Assembly (NCBI GenBank): GCA_965215195.1
Contig: CBDCDC010000001.1
Coordinates: 960,001 to 1,024,000 of the forward strand
Reading direction: 5' to 3'
DNA length: 64,000 nt
Source of the DNA: Candidatus Latescibacterota bacterium
GTDB taxonomy: Bacteria; Latescibacterota; UBA2968; UBA8231
The translations under genes and the position numbers were made by a program. Shown in pieces: positions 9,374-19,381 of this stretch. The notes under the pieces were generated by a model that saw only the letters and a program-made list of their open reading frames with translations, was not told the origin of the DNA and made no database searches. Every line of letters begins with the position of its first letter. The stretch's first letter is position 1.

Positions 9374-10432
9374 ATGCACCTAGCAGACCTAGACACGCCC
9401 GCGCTCCTCGTCGAGCTCGATGGCTTGGAGGACAACCTCGACCGCTACCAACGCTACTTTGACGCGCACGGCATTGGCTTGCGGCCCCACATCAAGACCC
9501 ACAAGTGCGTGGCCATTGCCCATATGCAAATGCGGCGCGGGGCCATCGGCATCACCTGCCAGAAATTAGGGGAGGCCGAGGTCATGGCCGCGGGCGGCGT
9601 CGATCGCGACATCCTGATTCCCTACAACATCATGGGTGCGCAAAAACTGGCGCGGCTGGTCGCGCTGGCGCGGGACACCCGGCTGACCGTGGCGGCCGAT
9701 TCCGCATACACCGTGCAGGGGCTAGCCGAGGCCGCCGCGGCAGCGGATGTCGCCGTGGGCGTGGTCGTCGAACTCGATCGCGGCCGCACGGGCGTAGGCT
9801 CGCCCGCCGCGGCAGCGGCTCTCGGCGAAAAAATCGATCAGGCCCCCAGCATTGAACTCCGGGGCATCATGTCCATGCCAGCGACTCCAGACATGCGGCC
9901 ACTCATCCAAGAGACGCTCGCGCATTTCGACCGCAAGGGACTGCCGCATCCCATCGTCAGCGGCGGCAGCACTCCGGGCGCGTTCATGGCGCACGAGATT
10001 CCCGAACTGACCGAGTACCGGGCCGGCGAGTACCCAGTCGGCGGCGTCGGCCATCTCCGCCGAGGGACCCACAGCGTCGGCCAGTGCGCTGGCCGGGTGC
10101 TGATGACCGTGGTCAGCCGGCCAGCCGCGCACCGAGCCATCCTCGACGGGGGCAGCAAGTCGCTCAGCGCAGCGGTTCATCGCGAGGAGGACGGCTCGTC
10201 CATCATGGGGCACATCGTCGAGTACCCGCAGGCCCGCTTCGCTGGAGCCTCCGAAGAACACGGGCAGGTCGATCTATCGGCTTGCGACAAAAAACCCCAA
10301 ATCGGCGAACAGGTGCAGGTCTTGCCAGTTCATCCCTGCCCTTGTTTCAACGAACACGGCCAGATCGTTGCCGTGCGCGGCGACCGAGTGGAAGCTGTCT
10401 GGCCGGTTGACGCCCGCGGGCAGATACGCTGA
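9374..10432 (+). CDS. D-threonine aldolase/DSD1-family PLP-dependent enzyme (alanine racemase fold)
   Basis: LDTPALL, LRPHIKTHK (PLP lysine), SGGSTP, EYRAGEY, DGGSKSL, SEEHG, PVHPC; start refined to ATG 9374. Confidence 0.88.
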   Translation: MHLADLDTPALLVELDGLEDNLDRYQRYFDAHGIGLRPHIKTHKCVAIAHMQMRRGAIGITCQKLGEAEVMAAGGVDRDILIPYNIMGAQKLARLVALARDTRLTVAADSAYTVQGLAEAAAAADVAVGVVVELDRGRTGVGSPAAAAALGEKIDQAPSIELRGIMSMPATPDMRPLIQETLAHFDRKGLPHPIVSGGSTPGAFMAHEIPELTEYRAGEYPVGGVGHLRRGTHSVGQCAGRVLMTVVSRPAAHRAILDGGSKSLSAAVHREEDGSSIMGHIVEYPQARFAGASEEHGQVDLSACDKKPQIGEQVQVLPVHPCPCFNEHGQIVAVRGDRVEAVWPVDARGQIR

Positions 10433-10444
10433 AAGGAGCGAATT

Positions 10445-11146
10445 GTGGATTTTGCCGAATTGAGCGAAAAGCTGAAGGCGGTCAGCACGGCCACCCTGAC
10501 GTCCGTGCTCCGCAACAAGGGGCTGCACAACACGTTTATGCAGCAAGTCGCACCCCTCGCGCCCGACATGCAGATGGTCGGCCGGGCCTTTACCCTGCGC
10601 TACATCCCCGCGCGCGAAGACCTCGACGAGGTTCCACTGGACAATTTGAAGGACGTGCAGCGGATCGGCATTGAGCAGGTGACCGCAGGCGACGCGTTCG
10701 TCATTGACGCCCGCGGCGACACCCGCGCTGGCACCATGGGGTCTATCTTAGCGGCGCGACTGCAAGTGCGGGGCTGTGCCGGGATCGTCACCGATGGAGC
10801 CTACCGCGACTCCCCGACCATTGCCGCGTCCGGGTTGCCCGCATACTCGGCGGCCATGAACGCCCACACCAACAAGACCATCCACCACCCCAGCGAAATT
10901 CAGGTGCCCATCGCCTGCGGCGGCGTGGCGGTATTCCCGGGCGACATCCTCGTCGGCGACGGGGAGGGGGTCGTGGTTATACCGACGGCAATGGCCGCGG
11001 AGGTGGCCGTTGAGGCCGCGGACATGGAGCAAAAGGAGCGCTTCATCACCGAGAAAATCCGCACCGGAGCCAGCATTGTCGGCACCTATCCACCCGACGA
11101 GCAGACCTTAGCCGAGTACCAAGCCTGGAAAGCAAACCAATCGTAG
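10445..11146 (+). CDS. RraA/HMG-CHA aldolase family protein
   Basis: GRAFTLRYIPARED, VTDGAYRD, CGGVAVFPGDILVGDGEGVVVIP; AAGGAG RBS before the GTG start. Confidence 0.88.
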   Translation: MDFAELSEKLKAVSTATLTSVLRNKGLHNTFMQQVAPLAPDMQMVGRAFTLRYIPAREDLDEVPLDNLKDVQRIGIEQVTAGDAFVIDARGDTRAGTMGSILAARLQVRGCAGIVTDGAYRDSPTIAASGLPAYSAAMNAHTNKTIHHPSEIQVPIACGGVAVFPGDILVGDGEGVVVIPTAMAAEVAVEAADMEQKERFITEKIRTGASIVGTYPPDEQTLAEYQAWKANQS

Positions 11147-11187
11147 GATCATCGCGATCAATTCGTCGCGCTGTTGAGCAACCTTGC

Positions 11188-11215
11188 GTAGGGGCACCTC
11201 TTGTGGGGTTTCCCC
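11188..11215. repeat. Degenerate GTAG-type REP-like palindrome between convergent genes
   Basis: gtaggggcacctcttgtggggtttcccc: GTAG foot plus imperfect GGGG/CCCC stem; single copy in window. Confidence 0.3.
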
Positions 11216-11226
11216 TTGTGGCCGCT

Positions 11227-12567
11227 TTAGCCCAAACGACGACGTAAGCGACGCGCGAGATCGCCAACCACAGCGGGAGCGGTGGCGGCGATATTGTGCA
11301 ACTCATCGGGATCTTGCTCAAGGTCGTAGAGTTCGTCGCAGTCGTTGTAATTCTCGATGTACTTGTGGGTAGCCGTGCGAATGCAGCGGAAGTTGCGCAG
11401 GGCGGCGACCGTCTCTTGGCGGTGGGTGTCGGTCTGGCCGTTGAGGAGCGGTTGCAGCGAGCGGGCGTCAACGTCTTGCTGCGGCGCGAGCCGGGCAAAA
11501 TCGCATATCGTGGCATTGAGGTCGATGAGCTCGCACAGCGCGTCGCAGACGCGGCCTCCGGCGATATTCGGCCCGGCCATGATCAAGGGTACGCGCAGGC
11601 TGGCCTCGTAGGCCGCGCTCTTGGTGTACAGCCCGTGGTCGCCGAGCAGTTCGCCGTGGTCAGAGGAGAAGATGATATAGGTGTTGTCGAGTTGGCCGCG
11701 TTTTTCGAGTGCGTCGAGGATCTGGCCGATCTGGTCGTCGATGAGTTCGATGGCGGCGCAGTATTGGCGGCGGGTTTGGGCGATTTGGTCGGAGGTGAAG
11801 TCGGCGGCGCGTTTCTCGATCCACTCGGGTTTGCCAGCGAGAGAGCCGCTGATGGCCGGGGGCATGGCTGCGTTGCGGTAGCGGTCGCCATATGCGGTGG
11901 GCGGGTCAAAGGGGTCGTGCGGGCCGACGAAGCTGACGAAGTAGTGCCAAGGGAAGTCGTCGGGCACCTTGGCGATCCACTCGGCGGCGCGCCGGCCGAT
12001 ATAGGCATCCGCAAAGTCCGCGCTGTCCAGCGGCGAATCGCGGCAGTCGGTAATCCAACCAGCGGCGGCGCGTTGCCGATAGTCTTGGTGAAATGTCGCC
12101 AGTTGCCCTTTGGCGGCTAGGTAGTGCGTATAGGGGCCAATCGGCGTGGGCGAGGAGCCGGCGTGCATTTTGCCCTCGCATTCCTCTGGATGGGTGAAAC
12201 CCCAGCTATAGGCGTAGGGCCGGTCGCCGTAGCGGCCATTGTAGCCGTCGGATTTGCGCAGGTCGAGCTTGCCGACGCAGCCGACGCGGTAGCCGGCGTC
12301 GCGCAGCCGCTGATAGTAGGTGGTGGTGCCCAAGGGCAGGCGCCCGGAATTGTCCAGACAGCCGAGGCGGCTCGGTTGCAGGCCAGAGGCTAAGCCGATC
12401 CGCGCTGGCGCGCAGACGGGTGCGTTGGTAGTGCATTGGGTGAAGCGCACGCCAGCGGCGGCGAGGCGGTCGAGGTGGGGCGTGCGCAGGAAGTCGGCAC
12501 TGGCCGCGCCGAGGTAGTCGTGGCGGTGCTGATCATCCATGATGAAGAGTATATTGGGACGAGGCAT
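11227..12567 (-). CDS. Sulfatase (Cys-type, formylglycine-dependent)
   Basis: PNILFIMDDQHR, CAPAR (CxPxR), GPHDP, SSDHGE, YEASLRVPLI, ELYDL..DPDE. Confidence 0.93.
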   Translation of the reverse strand: MPRPNILFIMDDQHRHDYLGAASADFLRTPHLDRLAAAGVRFTQCTTNAPVCAPARIGLASGLQPSRLGCLDNSGRLPLGTTTYYQRLRDAGYRVGCVGKLDLRKSDGYNGRYGDRPYAYSWGFTHPEECEGKMHAGSSPTPIGPYTHYLAAKGQLATFHQDYRQRAAAGWITDCRDSPLDSADFADAYIGRRAAEWIAKVPDDFPWHYFVSFVGPHDPFDPPTAYGDRYRNAAMPPAISGSLAGKPEWIEKRAADFTSDQIAQTRRQYCAAIELIDDQIGQILDALEKRGQLDNTYIIFSSDHGELLGDHGLYTKSAAYEASLRVPLIMAGPNIAGGRVCDALCELIDLNATICDFARLAPQQDVDARSLQPLLNGQTDTHRQETVAALRNFRCIRTATHKYIENYNDCDELYDLEQDPDELHNIAATAPAVVGDLARRLRRRLG

Positions 12568-12785
12568 GGGGGCGTTCCTTCTTGAACGAGCGCGAGACGG
12601 GCGATATGTTGGACGGACCTAATTCAGCGGCCGCGCAGAAGTGCGTCGATTCTGACCATAGATATAGAACTAGTTCACGCTCAAGTCCAAACACCCTTCG
12701 CCGGTCCCTTGATGAATCGCGATAGCACCAACGTAGCAGTCGGTCCAGTTCAACAGTAATGTTCGACAATACGGAGGAACAACCT

Positions 12786-13961
12786 ATGCGGATTGAGCAG
12801 ATTGAAATCAAGAACTACCGTTCCTTCCGCCGCGCCGTATTTGATGACTTACCCCCGATGGTCGTAGTCGTGGGCGCGAACGGCACGGGCAAGTCAACGC
12901 TATTCGACGTGTTCAGCTTTCTCAAGGACGCGCTGACCCAGAACGTCGCCATGGCCGTGGCGCGACGCGGCGGGTTCCGCGAGTTGGTCAGCCGGGGAGA
13001 AAAGGGACCGATTGGGATCACCATCAAATTTCGCGAGAGCGGCGGACGTCTGGCCACCTATGTTCTCCAAGTGGCCGCGGACCATGGGCGCATAGTAGTA
13101 GAACGCGAAATTCTGCGCTACCGTCGGGGCCAGTACGGCAAGCCTTGGCACTTTGTGGACTTCAGCCGTGGTGTCGGAAGCGCAATCACCAATGAATCGG
13201 TCTATGGCGAGGAGGGTGCTGAGGAGAAAAGAGAGGAGTACAAGCTCGACGACCCGAGCGTCCTCGCGATCAAGGGCTTGGGGCAGTTCCGCGAGTTTCA
13301 GGTCGTCTCAGAGTTCCGCAGCCTGATCGAAAACTGGCACGTCTCGGACTTCCACATTGCCGACGCCCGACCAAGCAGTGAGGCCGGCTATGCCGAGCAT
13401 CTGTCTAACCGCGGCGATAACGTCGCCCAAGTTGCCCAGTACCTCTACGAGAATCACCGCGAGTGCCTCGACCGAGTGCTGAAGGCTATGAGCCAGCGCG
13501 TCCCAGGCGTGAGCGGCGTTGAAGCCAAACCGACTGAAGATGGGCGTCTCGTCCTGCGCTTTCAGGATGGCAGCTTCAAGGACCCATTCATTGCCCGCTA
13601 CGTCTCCGACGGCACGATAAAGATGTTTGCCTACCTCGTCTTGCTGTACGACCCGAAGCCCCATCCATTGCTGGCGGTCGAAGAACCCGAAAACCAGCTC
13701 TATCCCGAATTGCTAATAGAATTGGCCGAGGAATTTCGGGACTACGCCCGGCGCGGCGGCCAAGTGTTCGTTTCGACCCACTCTCCCGACTTCCTAAACG
13801 GAGCGGGAATCAACGAGATCTTCTGGTTGGTCAAGAAAGATGGTTTCGCGATCGTGCGCCGAGCGTCCGACAGCGAACTGCTGCGCAACCTTGTTGCAGA
13901 GGGAGACCTGCCAGGTGCCCTCTGGAAGCAGAGGCTTTTCGAAGGGGCCGAGCTACGATGA
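12786..13961 (+). CDS. AAA_21/ABC-type ATPase of the conflict-system type
   Basis: IEIKNYRSF, Walker A GANGTGKST, signature VSDGT, Walker B AVEEPENQL, STHSP; start refined to ATG 12786. Confidence 0.9.
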   Translation: MRIEQIEIKNYRSFRRAVFDDLPPMVVVVGANGTGKSTLFDVFSFLKDALTQNVAMAVARRGGFRELVSRGEKGPIGITIKFRESGGRLATYVLQVAADHGRIVVEREILRYRRGQYGKPWHFVDFSRGVGSAITNESVYGEEGAEEKREEYKLDDPSVLAIKGLGQFREFQVVSEFRSLIENWHVSDFHIADARPSSEAGYAEHLSNRGDNVAQVAQYLYENHRECLDRVLKAMSQRVPGVSGVEAKPTEDGRLVLRFQDGSFKDPFIARYVSDGTIKMFAYLVLLYDPKPHPLLAVEEPENQLYPELLIELAEEFRDYARRGGQVFVSTHSPDFLNGAGINEIFWLVKKDGFAIVRRASDSELLRNLVAEGDLPGALWKQRLFEGAELR

Positions 13962-14281
13962 ATCGCCTTGTGTTCTTGTTAGAAGAAGACTCAATGAGGA
14001 TACTACTGGAAGGTCTGCTGCCAAAATTATTTCCCGAATTGTTATTCCAGTGTGTGCCCCACGACGGAAAGCAGGACCTAGAGAAGAGCATCCCACGCAA
14101 GTTGAAGGCTTGGCGCGAGCCGGGCACGACCATTGCGAAGCGATCCAATCGCTCAGATATTGAGAAAGCTTACTGCCTTACCGCTAATCGTGCGGTCTCG
14201 ACCTTCGACGGTAAACAATATCTCGTTCAGATTACAGCAAAGGAGAGATATAAATGGCCAAACTACTTGAGGAGATACTGA
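13958..14281 (+). pseudogene. DUF4276 (TOPRIM-like) protein, truncated after ~56 codons
   Basis: LVFLLEEDSM...GKQDLEKSIPRKLKAWREPG matches the DUF4276 N-terminus; similarity ends at ~14125 and no DxD motif follows; ATGA-coupled to the ATPase. Confidence 0.7.
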
Positions 14282-14718
14282 AGCAGAAACAAGAGCAACA
14301 GGAAGCGTCGGAGTTTGAACATGTAGCAGTTCGTCAGGAATGGATAGCCAACTGCGAAAAGCTCATGTCGAAGATAGCCGAGTGGTTACAGCCGCTTAAA
14401 GACAAAAACTGGCTGGAGATTCAGTCAGAGGATATTCCGATTCGGGAAGACCAGCTTGGGGATTACGAAACTCGATCTCTACGACTTGTCTTTTTAGACA
14501 GTCAGATTCTCACCTTCAGACCGGTCGGGCGTTTCATTATAGGTGCTCAAGGACGAGTCGATGTGGTCTCGGGTAGCACCCTTCTCGCAATGTTGCTGCA
14601 TAGAGGAAATGACGAGTGGGAATTTGCGAGGCGAGAGGGCCGATACGGGAAACCTGTACGGTGGGCATTCAATAGAAGTACCTTAGAGGAATTTCTGGTC
14701 GAGTTCCTAGAAGAGTAA
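14254..14718 (+). CDS. Hypothetical protein (candidate partner/antitoxin of the downstream HEPN protein)
   Basis: 154 aa, AAGGAG RBS; EW..W..IRED.LGDY...PVG.FIIGAQGRVD motif; ends 2 bp before the next gene. Confidence 0.7.
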   Translation: MAKLLEEILKQKQEQQEASEFEHVAVRQEWIANCEKLMSKIAEWLQPLKDKNWLEIQSEDIPIREDQLGDYETRSLRLVFLDSQILTFRPVGRFIIGAQGRVDVVSGSTLLAMLLHRGNDEWEFARREGRYGKPVRWAFNRSTLEEFLVEFLEE

Positions 14719-14720
14719 AA

Positions 14721-15251
14721 ATGCGCGAGTTCACTTGTGATTCGCTTCTCGAATGGTACGTCTTTCTCCAACAAAATGTGCGCGACCTTGGCGACGAGCA
14801 TTTTGAATCCTTCACACCGACTGAGTGCGACGAGGTACGTGCCGACCTGCTTGAGGAGCTACGCAAGGACTACGCGTTCAAGCTCCTTACGCTCTTGGAG
14901 GCAGGTATCCGAGAGGATTTTCTCGAATCGTTAAAACAAAAAAAGCGCGATAGAATAAGCAGAGCGTATCGCGATCTGTGTGCAGAATATCGCCGTGAGA
15001 CGAGTCAAGTTGGCAAGCAGGCTACTCAGGCATGTAGGCGGATTCCCATCGAGCGGATCTTCGACAAGTTACGAGACTGTTTCAGGGACATCGACGAGGC
15101 GTTTCGGAGGGTGTGCTCGGTAACCAAGGGATACTTCGGGTTTCGGAATTGGTATGCACACGGTCGGATTCGCACAATGCCGATTGTTCCAGATCCAGAA
15201 GACGTATATGATGCGTACGAGCAGTTTCAAGAGAAGGTGCTAAATAGATAA
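14721..15251 (+). CDS. Putative HEPN-domain RNase
   Basis: Helical-looking 176-aa protein with R-N-W-Y-A-H (Rx4H) at 15144-15161 and an upstream LLEAGIRE helix. Confidence 0.6.
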   Translation: MREFTCDSLLEWYVFLQQNVRDLGDEHFESFTPTECDEVRADLLEELRKDYAFKLLTLLEAGIREDFLESLKQKKRDRISRAYRDLCAEYRRETSQVGKQATQACRRIPIERIFDKLRDCFRDIDEAFRRVCSVTKGYFGFRNWYAHGRIRTMPIVPDPEDVYDAYEQFQEKVLNR

Positions 15252-15352
15252 CTGTCATTCAACTTGGTGGCGAGTTGGTATCACCTGACTGGCCGCTATG
15301 AATACCGACGACCCAATCCCATTTGCAGCATTAGCCCGCTTCAAGCGACCCT

Positions 15353-16750
15353 TCACCCACGCTCATCGGCCCGCTCAATGACCCGCATACTCTTCCAGCG
15401 GCCCGTGCGAAAGCGCAAGTAGAACGCCACGCCCAAGACGCATACATACGCACAGGCAAAGCTCCATATCAGGTACAGCCCCCCGTCGAAGTAGGTTAGG
15501 GCGACGAAAGACGGCACGACCATGAGCGCCCAAGCCAGCGAGATCGAAATCCACATGACGAAGCGGGTGTCGCCCGCGCCCTTCAGAGTCGCCGTGAAGA
15601 CCATGTAGGCGGCGTCGGAGACGCAGTACAGGGCCACGAAGCGCAGCAAGACCACGGCGATCTGATGCGCGGCCGCAAAGTTGGCGTCCCTGTCTTGGCC
15701 AAAGGGCGCGAGGAAAAGCTCCGGCACCACGACGTAGCCCAAGGACATGGTCCCCATGTACAGCATGGCCAAGTGCAAGCCCGTCCACGTGCAGTACTCG
15801 GCGGCGTCGGGCTGATCGCGCCCCAAGCGCTGGCCGACCATCGTCGAGATGGCAATGCTGCAACCAATGAGCGGCATAAAGGCGAGGCTGTTGATGTGAA
15901 AGGCCAAATTCGTCGCCGCTAGGGGAATCGGCCCCAAGCGGCCCACGACTAATAAAAAGAAGGTAAAGGCCATGATGTCGAGCATGAAGTTGACGCCGTT
16001 GGGGCCGCCGAAGCGCAACAGGCGCAGCAGCAGTTTGAGGTCGGGCTTCCAGCCGCGCAAGGTGGCGTATTCGCTGCGATAGCGCGGCCCCAAAAACAGC
16101 AGCGCGAAGCAAAGGGCCGAGACCACCAAGCCGATATTGGTAGCCCACGCCGCCCCGACGATCCCCAACTCAGGCAGTCCCCAGTGCCCGAATATCAGGC
16201 CGTAGTCGCAGACGATGTTGACGCTGATGGCCACGGCGTTGACCGCCAACACCACCCACGTCTGGCCCCGCCCGCTGAAAAAGCACGAGAAGGCCGTGGA
16301 CAAGACCTGCGGCCCGGTGCCGTAGCACAGGATGCGGAAGTACTGGGTTTCAGCGGCGCGGATGTCCGGGTCGTGGCCGATGAACGCGAAGAGTTCGCCG
16401 GCAAAGGCGGCCGGCAGCAAGGCCAAGAGGCCGCTGAACAGGGCCACGTACGCCCCTTGCCACACGGCCGGCCCCACGCGCGTCAGCCGCCGCGCACCCA
16501 TGTACTGGGCGACAAACGTGTTGGCGTATTGGGCCGTGCCCATGAAGAGGCTGATGAAGGTGAAGTTGGCCATGCCCGCCGGCAGCGCGGCCGCCAACGC
16601 CTCGGTGGAATACCAAGAGAGAAAGACCCGATCGACAAAGTGCTGGATGCTCCAGCTAGCCGTGCTCAGAATCAGCGGCAGGGCAAGCCGCAAAAACTCC
16701 CGATACCCGCCTGCGGCCCCCCACCGCCTCGCGATGCGGCCCACGCTCAA
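15353..16750 (-). CDS. MATE family efflux transporter
   Basis: LRLALPLI, FVDRVFL, AQYMGA, VGQRLG, LKGAGDT, about 12 hydrophobic segments; start refined to a TTG overlapping the upstream stop. Confidence 0.92.
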   Translation of the reverse strand: MSVGRIARRWGAAGGYREFLRLALPLILSTASWSIQHFVDRVFLSWYSTEALAAALPAGMANFTFISLFMGTAQYANTFVAQYMGARRLTRVGPAVWQGAYVALFSGLLALLPAAFAGELFAFIGHDPDIRAAETQYFRILCYGTGPQVLSTAFSCFFSGRGQTWVVLAVNAVAISVNIVCDYGLIFGHWGLPELGIVGAAWATNIGLVVSALCFALLFLGPRYRSEYATLRGWKPDLKLLLRLLRFGGPNGVNFMLDIMAFTFFLLVVGRLGPIPLAATNLAFHINSLAFMPLIGCSIAISTMVGQRLGRDQPDAAEYCTWTGLHLAMLYMGTMSLGYVVVPELFLAPFGQDRDANFAAAHQIAVVLLRFVALYCVSDAAYMVFTATLKGAGDTRFVMWISISLAWALMVVPSFVALTYFDGGLYLIWSFACAYVCVLGVAFYLRFRTGRWKSMRVIERADERG

Positions 16751-17766
16751 TTCGCCATAAATTCGGCCACCGCAATCAACTCCCCACCGCGCCGCGCCGA
16801 CTCCCACCCCGCCAGCACCGGGGCTAGCGAATGGAGGCCGTCGGCATAGTCGTTGAGGAGCAGGGCGCGGTTGCCAGTGCGCACGGCCTCAATGAAGACG
16901 CGGTCTTGCTCAAACCACGGGTCGAATTCCTCCGGCGCGTACACTATCTCGCCATTGACCTCGATCCGGTCGTACAGCCACAGTGCCAAGTATCCCCCTT
17001 CGTAAAAAACAGTGAAGCGCGGCTCGTCTCCTCGGGTCGCGGGCGTGGTGGCGAGGAACGTCGAGGTCATGGTCGCCCCGTTTGCCAACAAAAAGTTAAA
17101 CGAGCACGACAGCGGCATATTGTACCGAGGGGGATGGTGGTAAAACGCTTGCGCTTGGGTAATATCGAGGCCGCTCATAAAGCGCGCGTAGTCAACGGCG
17201 TGAACCCCCCAGTCAAAGGCCGAGCCGCCGGCCTTGTCCATCTGATAGTGCCAACTGTCCGGGTCGGGGACCTCGGCTTCGAGCAGGGGCAGGCCGGCCG
17301 TGCTCTGGAAGCGGACGTGGGTGATGGCCTTATCCGCGAGCAGGCGGCGGGCCTCCTGAAAGAGCGGGCGGTAGCGCTCGCGGAAACAGACCGTTGAGAT
17401 CGCGCCACCCGCAGCGACCGCAGCGGCAATGCGCCGCGCAACAGCCATGCTAGTCGCTTGCGGCTTCTCGCTGAAGAGATGGATGCCCCGCGCTGCGGCC
17501 ACAGCTTCCACATCAGTGCGCGCAAAGGCCGGCACGACCGAGTAGAGCGCGTCCAGCCGCTCCTCCGCAAGCATTTGGTGCGGGTCTGCATAGGTGCGGG
17601 CGATGGAGAACTTTTGCGCGGTAGCGGCGAGGTGGTCCGGGTTGGGGTCACTGGCGGCGACCAGCTCGACGCCGTCTAGCTTGCTCAGGTTGGGCAGGTG
17701 GGTGCGATTGGCGAAATTGCCGGTGCCATAGATGCCGACGCGCACCGGGCGATTGTCTGCGGGCAT
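16747..17766 (-). CDS. Gfo/Idh/MocA family oxidoreductase
   Basis: VGIYGTGNFA, SEKP, DWGVHAVD motifs. Confidence 0.9.
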   Translation of the reverse strand: MPADNRPVRVGIYGTGNFANRTHLPNLSKLDGVELVAASDPNPDHLAATAQKFSIARTYADPHQMLAEERLDALYSVVPAFARTDVEAVAAARGIHLFSEKPQATSMAVARRIAAAVAAGGAISTVCFRERYRPLFQEARRLLADKAITHVRFQSTAGLPLLEAEVPDPDSWHYQMDKAGGSAFDWGVHAVDYARFMSGLDITQAQAFYHHPPRYNMPLSCSFNFLLANGATMTSTFLATTPATRGDEPRFTVFYEGGYLALWLYDRIEVNGEIVYAPEEFDPWFEQDRVFIEAVRTGNRALLLNDYADGLHSLAPVLAGWESARRGGELIAVAEFMAN

Positions 17767-18106
17767 GAGTGAGTCCTTTGTTTAGCAACCTTATACAGCG
17801 GAGCGAAAGAGGCAAAAAAAGGAAAAAGGAACTCATGCGCCAGAGCACACTCAAGTCGGATGTTGCATCGTTCTATAAATCCTTGTAAAATCTGACTATG
17901 CCGAAAATCAGTCGATTGCTTGGGAGCGCGATTTGTATATGTGGGAGAATGGAGCAGACTTCGCATCTGAATTTCTCTACACTATTGTCACAGTTACGGC
18001 CTGAGTGGGAAGTTACAAAAAACGCAAGTAATAGGAGCAACAACGGGAGATGGCGGAAATCACGTATAGTACGCCGTCTTAAAAAAGTGATTTAGGAAAG
18101 AGACCT

Positions 18107-18769
18107 ATGCCATTCAAGATCGCCGATGATCCGGAGACCAATTATCGGGAGTTGGTAAGAACCGCCTATAACCGCTGTGCGATGAATTACGCGGGGCAAA
18201 GACGTACCACGGCCGAGGCGGAGCTCAACTTGATAACTGAACGTCTGCCCCCTAATGCAAAGGTCCTTGATGTTGGATGTGGTACTGGTATCCCAGTCGC
18301 CCGACATCTTGCAGGGACGTTTAGCCTCACTGGAATCGACATCTCCTCGAACATGATAGCTCTAGCCAAGAAAAACGTTCCCACAGCCAAATTCGCCATT
18401 GCCGACGTAATGGAGACTGAATTCCCCGTAGGTAGCTTCGATGCAATTGTCAGCTTTTACGCCATCTTCCACATCCCAAGACGGGAGCATCTGAACCTAT
18501 TTCGTCGATTCGCACAGTGGCTTCGGCTTGGTGGGCTCCTTCTAATTACAGTTGCCCAGCAAGACGACGGTCCTGGCTATACTGAAGATGACTTCTTCGG
18601 CGGGACCATGTACTGGAGCAACTTTGGCCCCTCGACCTACAAGAAGTTGCTTACTGAGACTGGGTTTCAGATTGAACAGAGCGGTATCGTAGGAGGGGGA
18701 TTCGGAAGTGTTGATGTGCCAGAGGAAATTCACCCATTTTTCTTTGCCGTCAGAAGAGAAGGCTCGTAG
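18107..18769 (+). CDS. Class I SAM-dependent methyltransferase
   Basis: VLDVGCGTG, GIDIS, FDAIVSFYAIFHIP, MYWS. Confidence 0.9.
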   Translation: MPFKIADDPETNYRELVRTAYNRCAMNYAGQRRTTAEAELNLITERLPPNAKVLDVGCGTGIPVARHLAGTFSLTGIDISSNMIALAKKNVPTAKFAIADVMETEFPVGSFDAIVSFYAIFHIPRREHLNLFRRFAQWLRLGGLLLITVAQQDDGPGYTEDDFFGGTMYWSNFGPSTYKKLLTETGFQIEQSGIVGGGFGSVDVPEEIHPFFFAVRREGS

Positions 18770-18826
18770 ATTGGCAAACCGCATTTGCCGCAATCGGCGC
18801 ACTCGTTTATCTGGAAAGGACTACCA

Positions 18827-19240
18827 ATGCTGCTAACAGGTCGATGTCTTTGCGGAGCGGTCAGCTATACAAGCGACTCAGAGCCTCAATCTGTGACCTA
18901 TTGCCACTGCGACGACTGCCGTAGGGCTACGGGCAGTGCTTTCAATGTAGGAGTTGGCGTACCAGCTTCTACATTTCAACTGAGTGGTAAAACCAAGGGA
19001 TACGAATCTACGAATGACGAAGGTCGCACAAAAATTCGCGAATTCTGTCCAGAATGTGGTTCGCAGTTGTTCACACGGTACCCCGACTTGGTGTTTATCA
19101 AGGCGGGCACCCTAGACCATTCTGAAGCTCTGCGACCCACTCGAGAGATTTGGACTGAAATGGCAGTCCCGTGGTCTAAAATTACCGCTGGTCTGCATAA
19201 ATTTTCCCGTGGGGGAAGTTCGCAACCGACAGCACGTTAG
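18827..19240 (+). CDS. GFA/CENP-V family Zn-binding protein
   Basis: GRCLCGAV, CHCDDCRR, FCPECGS; start refined to ATG 18827 after AAGGA. Confidence 0.9.
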   Translation: MLLTGRCLCGAVSYTSDSEPQSVTYCHCDDCRRATGSAFNVGVGVPASTFQLSGKTKGYESTNDEGRTKIREFCPECGSQLFTRYPDLVFIKAGTLDHSEALRPTREIWTEMAVPWSKITAGLHKFSRGGSSQPTAR

Positions 19241-19335
19241 AAGCCGTCTGCTTCACCGCGCCTTTAGGCGTGACAAACCCCTGTCGGGCTGCTTTGGCGT
19301 CCGGCGTTTTTCGCGGGCGAGACGCCCTCGATCCC
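19240..19335 (-). repeat. Partial inverted copy of the MITE/REP element at 21301-21453
   Basis: gaagccgtctgcttcaccgcgcctttaggcgtgacaaacccc is the near reverse complement of 21412-21453; also contains gggcgagacgccctcgatcc. Confidence 0.8.
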
Positions 19336-19381
19336 AGCGGCTTGGAGTCAAGGCCGAGGGCGAAACCTTTTAGAGGTTCAG

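Noticed and set aside
17767-18106. Possible riboswitch, ncRNA or small ORF in the divergent intergenic region
   Set aside because: No recognisable conserved RNA motif or credible coding signal by eye.
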